In this document: positions 20,255-30,125 of the stretch, one piece after another
Numbering within the stretch: position 1 is the stretch's first letter
How the letters are laid out: every line of letters starts with the position of its first letter
Assembly (NCBI GenBank): GCA_005222965.1
Contig: NJBG01000001.1
Coordinates: 332,323 to 396,322, forward strand
From: Candidatus Woesearchaeota archaeon B3_Woes
GTDB taxonomy: Archaea; Nanobdellota; Nanobdellia; Woesearchaeales; B3-WOES
DNA: 64,000 nt
Reading direction: 5' to 3'
Program-made: the position numbers and the translations under genes
The notes under the pieces: model-generated
Told to the model about the DNA's origin: nothing
The model's database searches: none
Seen by the model: only the letters and a program-made list of their open reading frames with translations

Positions 20255-20563
20255 ATGAAACAAGAAAAACCAGATCAATATTATGAAGCTGTCCTACAAT
20301 TAAGAAATAACCCCCCTGAAGAGTCTGTAAGTTGTGTAGTAAATGCTATTAAAAAAAGAAAAGGTGTTTCTATTGCAAAATTATCTAAAGTTAAAGGAGG
20401 TATTGATATTTATATTTCTTCACAAAGATTCACAAGAACATTAGGTAAACTTCTAAAAAAATCATTTAAAGGAGAATTAATAGAATCAAGAAAACTTTAT
20501 GGAATGGATAGACAAAAGAGCAAAAAGATTTACAGAGGAACTGTCTTATTCAGATTTGACTAA
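20255..20563 (+). CDS. NMD3-related small protein
   Basis: YYEAVLQLR...GGIDIYISS...YRGTVLFR resembles the C-terminal part of archaeal NMD3. Confidence 0.7.
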   Translation: MKQEKPDQYYEAVLQLRNNPPEESVSCVVNAIKKRKGVSIAKLSKVKGGIDIYISSQRFTRTLGKLLKKSFKGELIESRKLYGMDRQKSKKIYRGTVLFRFD

Positions 20564-21954
20564 ACCTTTTTCCATCTAACTCCCTCTGAAGTGTCTTCAA
20601 GAACTATTCCTTTTTTCTTTAAATCATCTCTAATCTTATCAGCTTTAGAATAATCTTTATTTTTCCTTGCTTTCTCTCTTTGTTCAATTAATTCTTTGAT
20701 TTCTTTGTCGAGCTTTTGTTTTTCCTCTTCAATATCTTTAATATCTAAACCAAAGACTTTGTCAAAATCATAAGCTAACTCAAGTTTTTCTTTACTTCCT
20801 AGTTTTTCGTCTCTTAAAACATCCCATAAAACTGATAATGCTTTAGGCATATTAAGATCATCGTCAATATATTCTTTGAATTGTTTTCTATATTTTTCAA
20901 ATTCTTTAGTTTTATTCGAGTCTTTTTTTGATTTTAAGTCAATAATAATATTTTTTAATCTTTCATATGAGTTTTTAGCACCTTCTAAAATTTCTAATGA
21001 GAAATTAAGCTGTTTTCTATATGATGTGTTTAAACAAAAATATCTATAAGCTAAGGCCGTAAATCCATTTTTTTCTAAATCTGAGATTGTGTATAATCCT
21101 CCTGTGCTTTTGCTTATTTTTTCACTTTTATGGGTTAAAAAAGCACCATGAAGCCAGTATTTTACCCATGGTTTAACATTAAAAGCTGCTTCGCTTTGCG
21201 CAATCTCATTTGTATGATGTACTTGAATATGATCCTCTCCACCTGTATGGATGTCAAATTGTTTTCCTAAGTATTTAGAAGACATTGCAGAACATTCCAA
21301 ATGCCATCCTGGAAATCCAATGCCCCATTTTGTTTTCCATTCTTGTTGACGTTTTTTTAAAGTATCTGAGAATTTCCATAATGCAAAATCTGTTTTATTG
21401 CGTTTTTCACCTAAAGAAACTCTTTTTCCAGCTTCTAAACCTTCTAAATCAATTAATCCAAGTTTTCCATAGTCTTTAAGTTTAGATGTATTAAAATAAA
21501 CTCCATCTGAAGTTTGATATGTAAAACCTTTTTTTTCCAATAATTTCACCAATGCAATTTGTTCTTTAATATGATCTGTTGCTTTACAAATTATATTTGG
21601 TGGAATGATATTTAATTTTTTACAATCCTTTTCAAAAACAGATGCATAGTATTCAGATATTTGTTTAGCTGTTTTGCCTTCTTTTTTAGCAGCCTTTTCA
21701 ATCTTATCTTCACCTGTATCAGCATCTGATGTTAAATGACCTACATCTGTGTAATTCATGACATGCTTTGTTTTAAAGTTATTATAATTTAAAACCCTTT
21801 TTAGAATGTCATTAAATATATAGGTTCTTAGATTTCCAATATGTTGGTACCAATAAACAGTAGGACCGCAACTATACATACCAACATGACCTTTTTTAAT
21901 TGGCTTAAATAATTCTTTCTTTCTTGTCAAAGTGTTATATAACTTGAGAGCCAT
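20560..21954 (-). CDS. cysS: Cysteine--tRNA ligase
   Basis: CGPTVY, HIGN, DFALWK, PGWHLEC, KISKS. Confidence 0.97.
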   Translation of the reverse strand: MALKLYNTLTRKKELFKPIKKGHVGMYSCGPTVYWYQHIGNLRTYIFNDILKRVLNYNNFKTKHVMNYTDVGHLTSDADTGEDKIEKAAKKEGKTAKQISEYYASVFEKDCKKLNIIPPNIICKATDHIKEQIALVKLLEKKGFTYQTSDGVYFNTSKLKDYGKLGLIDLEGLEAGKRVSLGEKRNKTDFALWKFSDTLKKRQQEWKTKWGIGFPGWHLECSAMSSKYLGKQFDIHTGGEDHIQVHHTNEIAQSEAAFNVKPWVKYWLHGAFLTHKSEKISKSTGGLYTISDLEKNGFTALAYRYFCLNTSYRKQLNFSLEILEGAKNSYERLKNIIIDLKSKKDSNKTKEFEKYRKQFKEYIDDDLNMPKALSVLWDVLRDEKLGSKEKLELAYDFDKVFGLDIKDIEEEKQKLDKEIKELIEQREKARKNKDYSKADKIRDDLKKKGIVLEDTSEGVRWKKV

Positions 21955-22018
21955 ATTTACTATCAGAAATTCTATACTTAAATACTTTTCTTATAATTTA
22001 AAAAAATAAAAAAAAGAA

Positions 22019-23275
22019 TTATAAATCCTTAATTATTAAAACAGCGATGTTTGTTTCTTCTGGTTTTACTTTAGAGTCCATTGCAACAACAAATTTAACT
22101 CCTGCTGTCTCTGCAGTGGTTGCAAGATTTTTATCAACAACACCATCAAACAAAATTGCATAAATGCCGGAACTTAAACTTTTAACAGTTGATCCAAGCT
22201 CCATTATAGGTACTTTGCCTAAAATCTCTAGTTTCTGATCTAAAATATAAGCTCCTCTTGTTCCAATTAAATCCTCAAGCATCTTTGAAAATGTTTTTTT
22301 CTCAGAATCTGTTGGAACTGCTTTTTTAACACCAAAGTTTCTTTGTGCAGGTCTTTGTTGATATGTTCTCTGTGGTGGTCTTTGAGCTTGTCTATTAAAG
22401 AAAGATCTTTTCTCAGGAGCTGCTCCTCCGTTTGCAGATTCTCTTTTTAACTCCATACTCACCTGTTCTGCTGTCATTTTTGATCTTAAAGCCTTATGGA
22501 TTTCTTTTTGTGTTAATTCTTCAAGTTCTTTTCCAGCAGGAGCCCTAGTTGCAAAATCAATTTCTGCACAACCAAATAAACTTTGGAGTATAAGGTTTCC
22601 TCCTCTGTCTCCATCAACAAAAGCGGTAACTGTCTTTTTCTTAGATAACTCAATTATTGTTTCTGGTACTGAGGTTCCATTTGTTGCTATTGCATTCTTA
22701 AAACCATATTTAAGTAAATTAACAACATCTGCACGTCCCTCTACAATAATTATCTCATCTGACTCTTCTACCGCAGGTCCAGCAGATAATCTATCCTTTC
22801 CATATTCTACTATTTCCATTACTCGAACAGAAGATATTACTTCATTTGCAATTTCCTGAGAATCAGGTAATACGTTGTCCTTAAGCTCTTTTAGTAATTC
22901 TTTAGCTCTCTCAATTACAAAAGTTCTTTTACTCACTCTGACATCTTCTATATTCTCGATTTTGATAACAGAATCACATGGACCTATTCTTTTTATGATC
23001 TCTAATGCTGCTCCTATAATACTTGTCTCTGCTTTGTCTAAACTTGATGGAATCACTATCTTTCCATTTGATTTTCCGTTTCTTGTTTCTATGTTTACTT
23101 CTATTCTTCCTATTCTACCTGATCTTTGTAGTTCTCTTAGTTCTAGGTCAGATCCTAATAAACCTTCTGTTTGGCCAAAAATTGCTCCAATTACATCTGG
23201 TTTATCAACAACTCCTTCTGCATTAATATTTGCATGAACTATGTATTTTGAACTTGTTTGTGCTATTTTTCCCAT
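22019..23275 (-). CDS. dnaG: Archaeal DnaG (primase-like, exosome-associated)
   Basis: GAIFGQTEGLLG, GRIGRI, VEGRADV, DGDRGG. Confidence 0.96.
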   Translation of the reverse strand: MGKIAQTSSKYIVHANINAEGVVDKPDVIGAIFGQTEGLLGSDLELRELQRSGRIGRIEVNIETRNGKSNGKIVIPSSLDKAETSIIGAALEIIKRIGPCDSVIKIENIEDVRVSKRTFVIERAKELLKELKDNVLPDSQEIANEVISSVRVMEIVEYGKDRLSAGPAVEESDEIIIVEGRADVVNLLKYGFKNAIATNGTSVPETIIELSKKKTVTAFVDGDRGGNLILQSLFGCAEIDFATRAPAGKELEELTQKEIHKALRSKMTAEQVSMELKRESANGGAAPEKRSFFNRQAQRPPQRTYQQRPAQRNFGVKKAVPTDSEKKTFSKMLEDLIGTRGAYILDQKLEILGKVPIMELGSTVKSLSSGIYAILFDGVVDKNLATTAETAGVKFVVAMDSKVKPEETNIAVLIIKDL

Positions 23276-23576
23276 TTTCTTTGAACCTCCAATGAAAAGA
23301 TTTGAAAATTTCTACGAAATTTTCATTTTTCCTCCATACAAAACAAGCAGAATAAGTACTAAAAATTACTAACATAACCCTTTTACAATGTAAAATGATG
23401 TTGTGATGTCAGTGATTTTAATACCCCCTATAGAACAAATAAATGTGCAAATAAAGCTTATTTTAAGCTCTTTAGGCATAATTCGCCTTTTTTTAAGTCA
23501 AATACGTGATTTAAATGATAAATGACATTTATTTACTCTATTTCTGCTTCTTTTCTTATTTTTAATGTAAATATGA

Positions 23577-23729
23577 ATTTGTTGCCCGTAACACTAACTC
23601 CCAAGCTCATTGCTTGCGTTTAGCGACAGCTCCATTGAGTACTCTCGTGACGGGCTGTTATACACAAGAGTGTCTTTAATTCACCGCCAAAACACGTGTT
23701 TCAGCTCATTAAAGGACCGATTTGTGTAA
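23577..23729 (-). ncRNA. Candidate two-hairpin box H/ACA guide RNA
   Basis: Two hairpins, each followed by ACA (plus-strand tgt at 23656-58 and 23580-82), with K-turn-like GA/AG pairs and internal pockets; TTTAAATA about 25 nt upstream. Confidence 0.6.
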
Positions 23730-23818
23730 AGAAATCATAATGCTTTGCGCTATTTAAAGCTTGTGATTTGAAATTAGAATAACCAAGATTTAAAAACCCA
23801 ATAGTGTTTCATATCTAT

Positions 23819-24523
23819 ATGTCAAAAATAACTAAGGAAAAATTTAAGACAAAACATAATGTATTTGATGATTTTACTAATAGAACCATCTTCAAATTAA
23901 TAAGTGAAGGTCATTTTGATGGTTTAGAAGGCCCCATTAGCATAGGCAAAGAATCTAATGTGTTTTTAGCTAAAAAGAGGAACAAAAATATAGTTGTTAA
24001 GGTATATAGGGTTAATTCTTGCGATTTCAATAAGATGTTTGATTATATCAAATCAGATCCAAGATACCTTGATCTAAAAGGCAGAAAAAGAAATATCATA
24101 TTTCATTGGGTTCAAAGAGAATATAGGAACTTGTTAAAAGCAAGAAAAGCTAATATAAGAGTTCCAACACCCATTGTATTCAAAAATCATATTCTTGTTA
24201 TGGAATTTATTGGACAAAACAACAAAATAGCACCAATGCTAAAAGATAAAACACCAGAAAATCCTAAAAATTTTTTTAATGAAATCATAAAAAACATAAG
24301 AAAATTATACAAAGCAGGATTAGTTCATGCTGATTTATCTAGTTTTAATATCTTAAATTTAAATGATAAACCTGTTTTTATTGACTTTTCACAATGCACA
24401 TCATTACAAGACCAAAGAGCAGAAGAGTATATTATCAGAGACATAAAAAATCTTTGTAATTTTTTTAGAAAACAAGGTTTAAAATTAGATGAAAAAAAGA
24501 TCCTTCAAAAAATAAAAGCATAA
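23819..24523 (+). CDS. rio1: RIO1-family kinase
   Basis: IGKESNVF, VKVYR, EYRNL, LVHADLSSFNIL, IDFSQ. Confidence 0.93.
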   Translation: MSKITKEKFKTKHNVFDDFTNRTIFKLISEGHFDGLEGPISIGKESNVFLAKKRNKNIVVKVYRVNSCDFNKMFDYIKSDPRYLDLKGRKRNIIFHWVQREYRNLLKARKANIRVPTPIVFKNHILVMEFIGQNNKIAPMLKDKTPENPKNFFNEIIKNIRKLYKAGLVHADLSSFNILNLNDKPVFIDFSQCTSLQDQRAEEYIIRDIKNLCNFFRKQGLKLDEKKILQKIKA

Positions 24524-24568
24524 TTTTTTAAATCGATGATATTTTTAATAATAAGGTGATCGCCTCCA

Positions 24569-25105
24569 ATGACAGAATACAAATATGATCTAAAAATTCC
24601 TAAAGAAAGAGTTGCTGTTCTTATAGGAACAAAAGGAGAAAGTAAAAAACATCTAGAATCTGAAACAAAAACTAAGATAGAAGTCGATAGTAAAGAAGGG
24701 GATGTGTCTATTTCTGGAGAAGACGGCTTAAAATTATATGCTGCAAGAGAATTAATAACTGCAATTGGACGTGGTTTTAACCCAAAAATTGCTTTAAAAT
24801 TACTTAACGTGGATTATTCTTTTGAATTAATAAATCTTGGGGATTTAGCAAGATCAAAAAATGATCTAATAAGATTAAAAGGTCGTGTTATTGGTCAAGA
24901 AGGTAAAAGTAGGAAAATAATTGAAGAATTGACAAATTGTGAATTGTGTGTTTATGGGAAAACTATTGGGATTATTGGCCCTGTTGAGTTTACTCCTCTT
25001 GCAAGAAGAGCAATAGATATGTTATTAGGAGGGAGCACACACGCTGGTGTTTTTAAATATCTTGAAAAGCAAAGAAGAAATATGAATATACAGAAAATTA
25101 ACTAA
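24569..25105 (+). CDS. KH-domain ribosome biogenesis protein (Dim2/Pno1)
   Basis: RVAVLIG..G, AIGRGF, KGRVIGQEGK; follows rio1. Confidence 0.92.
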   Translation: MTEYKYDLKIPKERVAVLIGTKGESKKHLESETKTKIEVDSKEGDVSISGEDGLKLYAARELITAIGRGFNPKIALKLLNVDYSFELINLGDLARSKNDLIRLKGRVIGQEGKSRKIIEELTNCELCVYGKTIGIIGPVEFTPLARRAIDMLLGGSTHAGVFKYLEKQRRNMNIQKIN

Positions 25106-25145
25106 AACAATACATTTTTAAATAAATCCAAAACATTTCATAAAG

Positions 25146-26807
25146 ATGGCAAATTCAAACATAGCTGAAGAGATGGCAAAAAAACAAAGAGATATCTCTG
25201 TAGCATCTTTCTTCGAGAAAAATAGACATTTATTGGGTTTTGACAACAAAAGAAAAGCTCTTCTAACAGTTGTTAAAGAGGCTGTTGATAATTCTATTGA
25301 TGCTTGTGAAGAAGCAGATATTTTACCAGAAATCAGTATTGAATTAATTGATTTAGGAAATGATAAATTTAGAATCATAATAGAAGATAATGGTCCTGGA
25401 ATTGTAAAAAAACAGATCCCCCCAATATTTGCGAAATTGCTCTATGGAAGCAAATTTCATAATCTGTCTCAAACAAGAGGTCAGCAAGGGATTGGGATAA
25501 GTGCAGCAGTAATGTATTCTCAATTAACAACAGGAAAACCAACAAAAATCACATCAAAAGTCAAAAACAACTCAGGGGCACATTATTACGAGCTTCATAT
25601 TGATATTGCTCAGAATAAACCAGACATAATTAAAGATGAATCTGTTGATTGGAATAAAGATCATGGAGTAAAAATTGAAATGGATTTAGAAGGAAATTAC
25701 CAAGGTGGAAGTCAAAGTGTTGACCAATACCTTAAAGAAACTGCAATTGTTAATCCGCACATTACTATAATTTATACTAATCCTAAAGCAGAACAAACAA
25801 TATTTGCAAGAGCCACCGATAACCTTCCTAAAAAACCTGTTGAAATAAAACCCCACCCTTATGGTATTGAATTGGGTATGTTAATGAGGATGGCAAAAGA
25901 TACAGAATCAAGAACCCTTCAAAGTTTTCTAACAAATGATTTTTCAAGAGTAGGTTCTGGAACAGCAAAACAAATATGTGAAAATGCTGCTTTACTACCA
26001 AACACAAAACCCCGTGAACTTGTTCGTGAAATGGCTGAAAAACTTATGGAAGGTATTAAGAAAACAAAAATAATTTCACCTCCAACAGACTGTATAAGCC
26101 CGATTAGCTCAGAAGAATTAGAAAAAGGTCTAAAAAAAGAAATAAATGCTGAATTTTACTATTCAATAACAAGACCTCCTTCTGTTTACAGAGGAAATCC
26201 ATTTATTGTAGAAGCAGGTCTAGCCTATGGTGGTGATCAAAGTTCAGAAGGCTCAATAACTTTAATGAGATTTGCAAACAGAGTTCCCTTGCTTTACCAA
26301 CAAAGCGCATGTGCTGCTGCTAAATCTGTTGTTCAGACAAATTGGAGAAAATATGGATTAAGCCAAAGTTCAGGAGCTCTGCCTCAAGGACCATTAACAG
26401 TTGTTGTTCATATCGCTTCTGTATGGGTTCCATTTACATCTGAATCAAAAGAAGCTATAGCGCATTATCCTGAAATTATTAAAGAAATTAAATTAGCTTT
26501 GCAAGAAATTGGTCGTAAACTAGGAAGCTATGTGCATAAGAAAAAGAGGGTTTTAGCAGAGGGGCAAAAAAGAGATTATATTAAAACGTATATTCCTCAC
26601 GTTGCTGAGGCTTTAAAAGAATTAGTAGGATTTAAAGATGCAGATGAGAAAAAAGTAGAAGAGTACTTAACTTCAATCCTTGAGAAACAAAGAGGAAAAC
26701 TAGAAAATCTTGAAGTTGTAAATGAAGAATATGATGAAGAATTAGCGAAGATTGGGAAGGATAATAAAGAGGAGCAGAAAACTTTAGGTGAGGAAGAAAA
26801 GAAATAA
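25146..26807 (+). CDS. top6B: DNA topoisomerase VI subunit B
   Basis: EAVDNSIDA, EDNGPG, RGQQGIG, RFANRVPL. Confidence 0.97.
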   Translation: MANSNIAEEMAKKQRDISVASFFEKNRHLLGFDNKRKALLTVVKEAVDNSIDACEEADILPEISIELIDLGNDKFRIIIEDNGPGIVKKQIPPIFAKLLYGSKFHNLSQTRGQQGIGISAAVMYSQLTTGKPTKITSKVKNNSGAHYYELHIDIAQNKPDIIKDESVDWNKDHGVKIEMDLEGNYQGGSQSVDQYLKETAIVNPHITIIYTNPKAEQTIFARATDNLPKKPVEIKPHPYGIELGMLMRMAKDTESRTLQSFLTNDFSRVGSGTAKQICENAALLPNTKPRELVREMAEKLMEGIKKTKIISPPTDCISPISSEELEKGLKKEINAEFYYSITRPPSVYRGNPFIVEAGLAYGGDQSSEGSITLMRFANRVPLLYQQSACAAAKSVVQTNWRKYGLSQSSGALPQGPLTVVVHIASVWVPFTSESKEAIAHYPEIIKEIKLALQEIGRKLGSYVHKKKRVLAEGQKRDYIKTYIPHVAEALKELVGFKDADEKKVEEYLTSILEKQRGKLENLEVVNEEYDEELAKIGKDNKEEQKTLGEEEKK

Positions 26808-26808
26808 A

Positions 26809-27558
26809 ATGGAACCCTTAATATTTATACTGGCAGCAATAATAACTTTTTTGACAGCAATAATTGCAGGAATGATTGGAGGTTCTTATCTGATATTAAT
26901 ACCTGCCTTGATTTGGTTAGGGATACCAACACACGAAGTAATCGGAATTACTAAGATATTAACTATTGCTGTTGGATTTGTTTCAATTAATTATTGGATG
27001 CACGGAAAACTAGATTTGAAATCAACATTTCCATATGCTATATTGGTTGGAATAGGAAGTATAATTGGGAGTTTTATTGTAATTGGAATAAGTGAGAACA
27101 TATTACAGATTATAATTGGAGTATTGATGATTTTAATAGTATTGATATTGATATTAAACAAGAATTTTGGATTGAATCCAATAAAGATAAAAGTAAAAAA
27201 GCATATATTACTACTTTCTGTAGTTTTGTTTTTTATATTAGGTATATATGATGGATTTTATGCAGCAGCATCAAGTATCTTTGCTGTTATGTTATTTACA
27301 TCTCTATTGAATAAAGATTTTGTAGAATCTGTAGCTAGTGCGCGTTTTATAGAATTTTTTGGAGGGGTAACTGCTGCATTTGTTTTTTTTGCAAATGATT
27401 TAATTGATTTTAAAATAGCTTTACCTTTAGCTGCTTTATTTTTTGCTGGAGGGTGGATCGGCTCTCATATAACAATAAAAAAAGGAGCAAATTTTGTAAA
27501 GGGAGTAATAATAATTGTTTCGGTTGCATTTATAATAAAACTATTAATATTTAGGTGA
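26809..27558 (+). CDS. TSUP (TauE/SafE) family transporter
   Basis: About 8 TM segments; GMIGG..LILIP, LGIYDGF, GGWIGS. Confidence 0.8.
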   Translation: MEPLIFILAAIITFLTAIIAGMIGGSYLILIPALIWLGIPTHEVIGITKILTIAVGFVSINYWMHGKLDLKSTFPYAILVGIGSIIGSFIVIGISENILQIIIGVLMILIVLILILNKNFGLNPIKIKVKKHILLLSVVLFFILGIYDGFYAAASSIFAVMLFTSLLNKDFVESVASARFIEFFGGVTAAFVFFANDLIDFKIALPLAALFFAGGWIGSHITIKKGANFVKGVIIIVSVAFIIKLLIFR

Positions 27559-27568
27559 TATAATCAAA

Positions 27569-28648
27569 ATGAAAGTAGCAAAACAAATAAAGGAACTAGC
27601 AAAAGGGATTTATGATTCTATTTTAAAAAAGAAACAACCCAATCTTGAATCTCCTCTAAGATCTTTAAGTAATGTAAAGTACGACGACAAACTTGGTTAT
27701 TTCGAGTTAATTGGAAAGAAAAAATCAAGAACCTTAACAGTTGGTACTGTTAAAACATTTGCTCAAACTTTGCGTATGATGGCTCTATCTAAAGATTTAG
27801 TTGAGAAAGATGATATTGCAACAAAAAGAGAGGCATATTATGTTTCTAAAAATTGGGGGGAAGCGAGGTTCAAAGCTCAACCAGAATCAGACACAGTAAT
27901 GGATGATGTTGAAGCTATGCTCATGGTCAATCGTGAACAAATGGGTTTTATTCCTGAAGAAAAAGGGGGAGATGTAGCAGGAAAACTTATTGTAGTTGAT
28001 AAAGACCAAGATACAGGAAAACAACTTAAAATTGACTGTACTAAAATGGGTTCAGGAGCATATTCTATTCCTTCTTCTGTTGAAGATCTAAAATTCGAAA
28101 CAAATGCTAAATTTATTTTGGCAATAGAAACAGCTGGTATGTTTCAAAGACTTGTAAAACATAATTATTGGAAAAAAGCAGATTGCATTTTAATTTCAAT
28201 GGGAGGAGTTCCAACAAGAGCGTGTAGAAGATTTATTAGAAAATTATCAGATGCAAAAAAAATACCAGTCTATGTATTTACAGACGGCGATCCTTATGGA
28301 TATGGTAGTATCTACAGAACTTTAAAAGTTGGTTCTGGTAATGCTGCTCACATAAATAAATATTTTTGTGTTCCACATGCCAAATTTATTGGCATTACTC
28401 CTCAAGATATTGTTGATTATAAACTGCCAACCCATCCTCTAAAAGAGGTTGATATTAAAAAGATTAAAGATTTAATGAAAAACGATCCTTTTATCCAACA
28501 CCACAAAGAATGGCAAAAAGCCTTAAAACAAATGGCCCAGTTAAAAGTTAGAGCAGAGCAACAGGCCTTGGCAAAATGGGGCCTTAACTTTGTTATTTCT
28601 GATTATCTGCCAAAAAAGCTTAAGAATGAAAAAAGCTGGTTGCCATAG
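27569..28648 (+). CDS. top6A: DNA topoisomerase VI subunit A
   Basis: TKREAYY catalytic Tyr, AIETAG, DGDPYG, EQQAL. Confidence 0.97.
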   Translation: MKVAKQIKELAKGIYDSILKKKQPNLESPLRSLSNVKYDDKLGYFELIGKKKSRTLTVGTVKTFAQTLRMMALSKDLVEKDDIATKREAYYVSKNWGEARFKAQPESDTVMDDVEAMLMVNREQMGFIPEEKGGDVAGKLIVVDKDQDTGKQLKIDCTKMGSGAYSIPSSVEDLKFETNAKFILAIETAGMFQRLVKHNYWKKADCILISMGGVPTRACRRFIRKLSDAKKIPVYVFTDGDPYGYGSIYRTLKVGSGNAAHINKYFCVPHAKFIGITPQDIVDYKLPTHPLKEVDIKKIKDLMKNDPFIQHHKEWQKALKQMAQLKVRAEQQALAKWGLNFVISDYLPKKLKNEKSWLP

Positions 28649-28703
28649 ATTTCTATTATTTTATTTCAAAACCTTTAAATAACTAAACTTACAAGGTAAT
28701 AAT

Positions 28704-29789
28704 ATGACAAAAATAATAGATCCATACGGAAGTGAACTAGTAGAAGATTATTCAAAAGTCATCAAAGACTTTGGATTAGAAGAGTTTAAAGTAGATTTAT
28801 TTCCAAAACCAAACAGAATTATGCGAAGAAGCGTTGTTTTTGCAGGTAGAGATCTAAAAATAATAAGCAGATGTATAAAAGAAAAAAAACCATTCTATGT
28901 TTTATCTGGAATAATGCCTTCTGGAGAAAAAATACATTTTGGAAACAAAATGGTTGTTGAAAACATAAAATATTTCCAAGAACACGGCGCAGAAGCATAT
29001 ATTTTAGTAGCTGATTTAGAATCTTCAGCAGCTAGAAACATTTCATTAAAAGACGCTAAAAAAAGAGCTTTAGAATTTCATATTCCAGCATTTATTGCTT
29101 TAGGTTTAGATCCTAAAAAAACAACATTCTACTTCCAATCAGAAAACAAAGATGTTGTACATCTAGCTTATGAGGCAAGCCAAAAAATAACATCTAATGA
29201 ATTTAAAGGGATTTACGGTAACACAGACCCAAAAAGAATTATGTCAGCAGTAACACAAGTAGGAGACATTCTCTATCCTCAACTTAAAGAAAGAATGCCA
29301 GGAATAATTCCAGTTGGTGTTGACCAAGATCCTCACATAAGACTAACAAGAGATGTTGCAAGAAGGTTAAATAAGTATAAATTTTTCCTGCCTTCTGGAA
29401 TATACCACAAATACACTCCATCACTAAATGGACGATTAAAAATGTCTAAAACACATCAAGAATCATGTATCGAACTTCCAGAAGATAAAAGCATATTCTG
29501 CAAAAAAATTATGAGAGCTAAAACAGGTGGCAGAGACACGGTTGACGAACAAAAGAAAAAAGGTGGAGAACCTGAAAAATGTATGATATTTGAATTATAC
29601 AAACAACATCTAATTGAAGACGACAAAGACCTGAAAAAAATATACAACAATTGTAAAAAAGGAAAACTAACCTGTGGTGACGATAAAAAACATTGTTGTG
29701 AATTAATGACTAAATTCATGGATGATTTTAATAAAAAAACAAAAAAAGCAAAGAAAGATATAAGCAAGCTAAAATTCGTTAAGTATTAA
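28704..29789 (+). CDS. trpS: Tryptophan--tRNA ligase
   Basis: GIMPSG..HFGN, PVGVDQDPH, KMSKT, AKTGGR. Confidence 0.93.
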   Translation: MTKIIDPYGSELVEDYSKVIKDFGLEEFKVDLFPKPNRIMRRSVVFAGRDLKIISRCIKEKKPFYVLSGIMPSGEKIHFGNKMVVENIKYFQEHGAEAYILVADLESSAARNISLKDAKKRALEFHIPAFIALGLDPKKTTFYFQSENKDVVHLAYEASQKITSNEFKGIYGNTDPKRIMSAVTQVGDILYPQLKERMPGIIPVGVDQDPHIRLTRDVARRLNKYKFFLPSGIYHKYTPSLNGRLKMSKTHQESCIELPEDKSIFCKKIMRAKTGGRDTVDEQKKKGGEPEKCMIFELYKQHLIEDDKDLKKIYNNCKKGKLTCGDDKKHCCELMTKFMDDFNKKTKKAKKDISKLKFVKY

Positions 29790-29840
29790 AAAACACAAAG
29801 TGTTTTTTAAAATGATCAGAAATCTTTGATTTCTGACATT
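29786..29840. repeat. Two tandem perfect hairpins after trpS (terminator- or REP-like)
   Basis: TTAAAAAACAC-aaa-GTGTTTTTTAA and TCAGAAATC-ttt-GATTTCTGA. Confidence 0.7.
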
Positions 29841-29897
29841 TAAATAAGAAGTTTTATATATTTTACAAATTATATTTATAATAAAGAGGTGATAAAT

Positions 29898-30125
29898 ATG
29901 ACATTCAAAGTAGCACCATTAAACAGTCAGTTTATGTTAACATCTATGCTTGGTTTTTTAATTTCTGTAATATGGGTTAAAAATATCTCACTTTCATGGG
30001 GTATAGCATTTGCATTAGTCTTTGCACTAATGTTTATATCGTCTATTGTATCTATGACGCACGGACCTGTTGGAACAGATACAGAAGTTCCAAAATCAAA
30101 AAAACCTAAAAAGAAGAAAAAGTAA
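29898..30125 (+). CDS. Small 2-TM membrane protein with a Lys-rich tail
   Basis: GAGGTGA SD before ATG 29898; two hydrophobic segments. Confidence 0.75.
   Translation: MTFKVAPLNSQFMLTSMLGFLISVIWVKNISLSWGIAFALVFALMFISSIVSMTHGPVGTDTEVPKSKKPKKKKK

Noticed and set aside
23646..23670. Similarity to the 16S rRNA 1390 region (GTGACGGGC...ACAAG)
   Set aside because: The match is short and gapped with no flanking rRNA; it is explained by the hairpin stems
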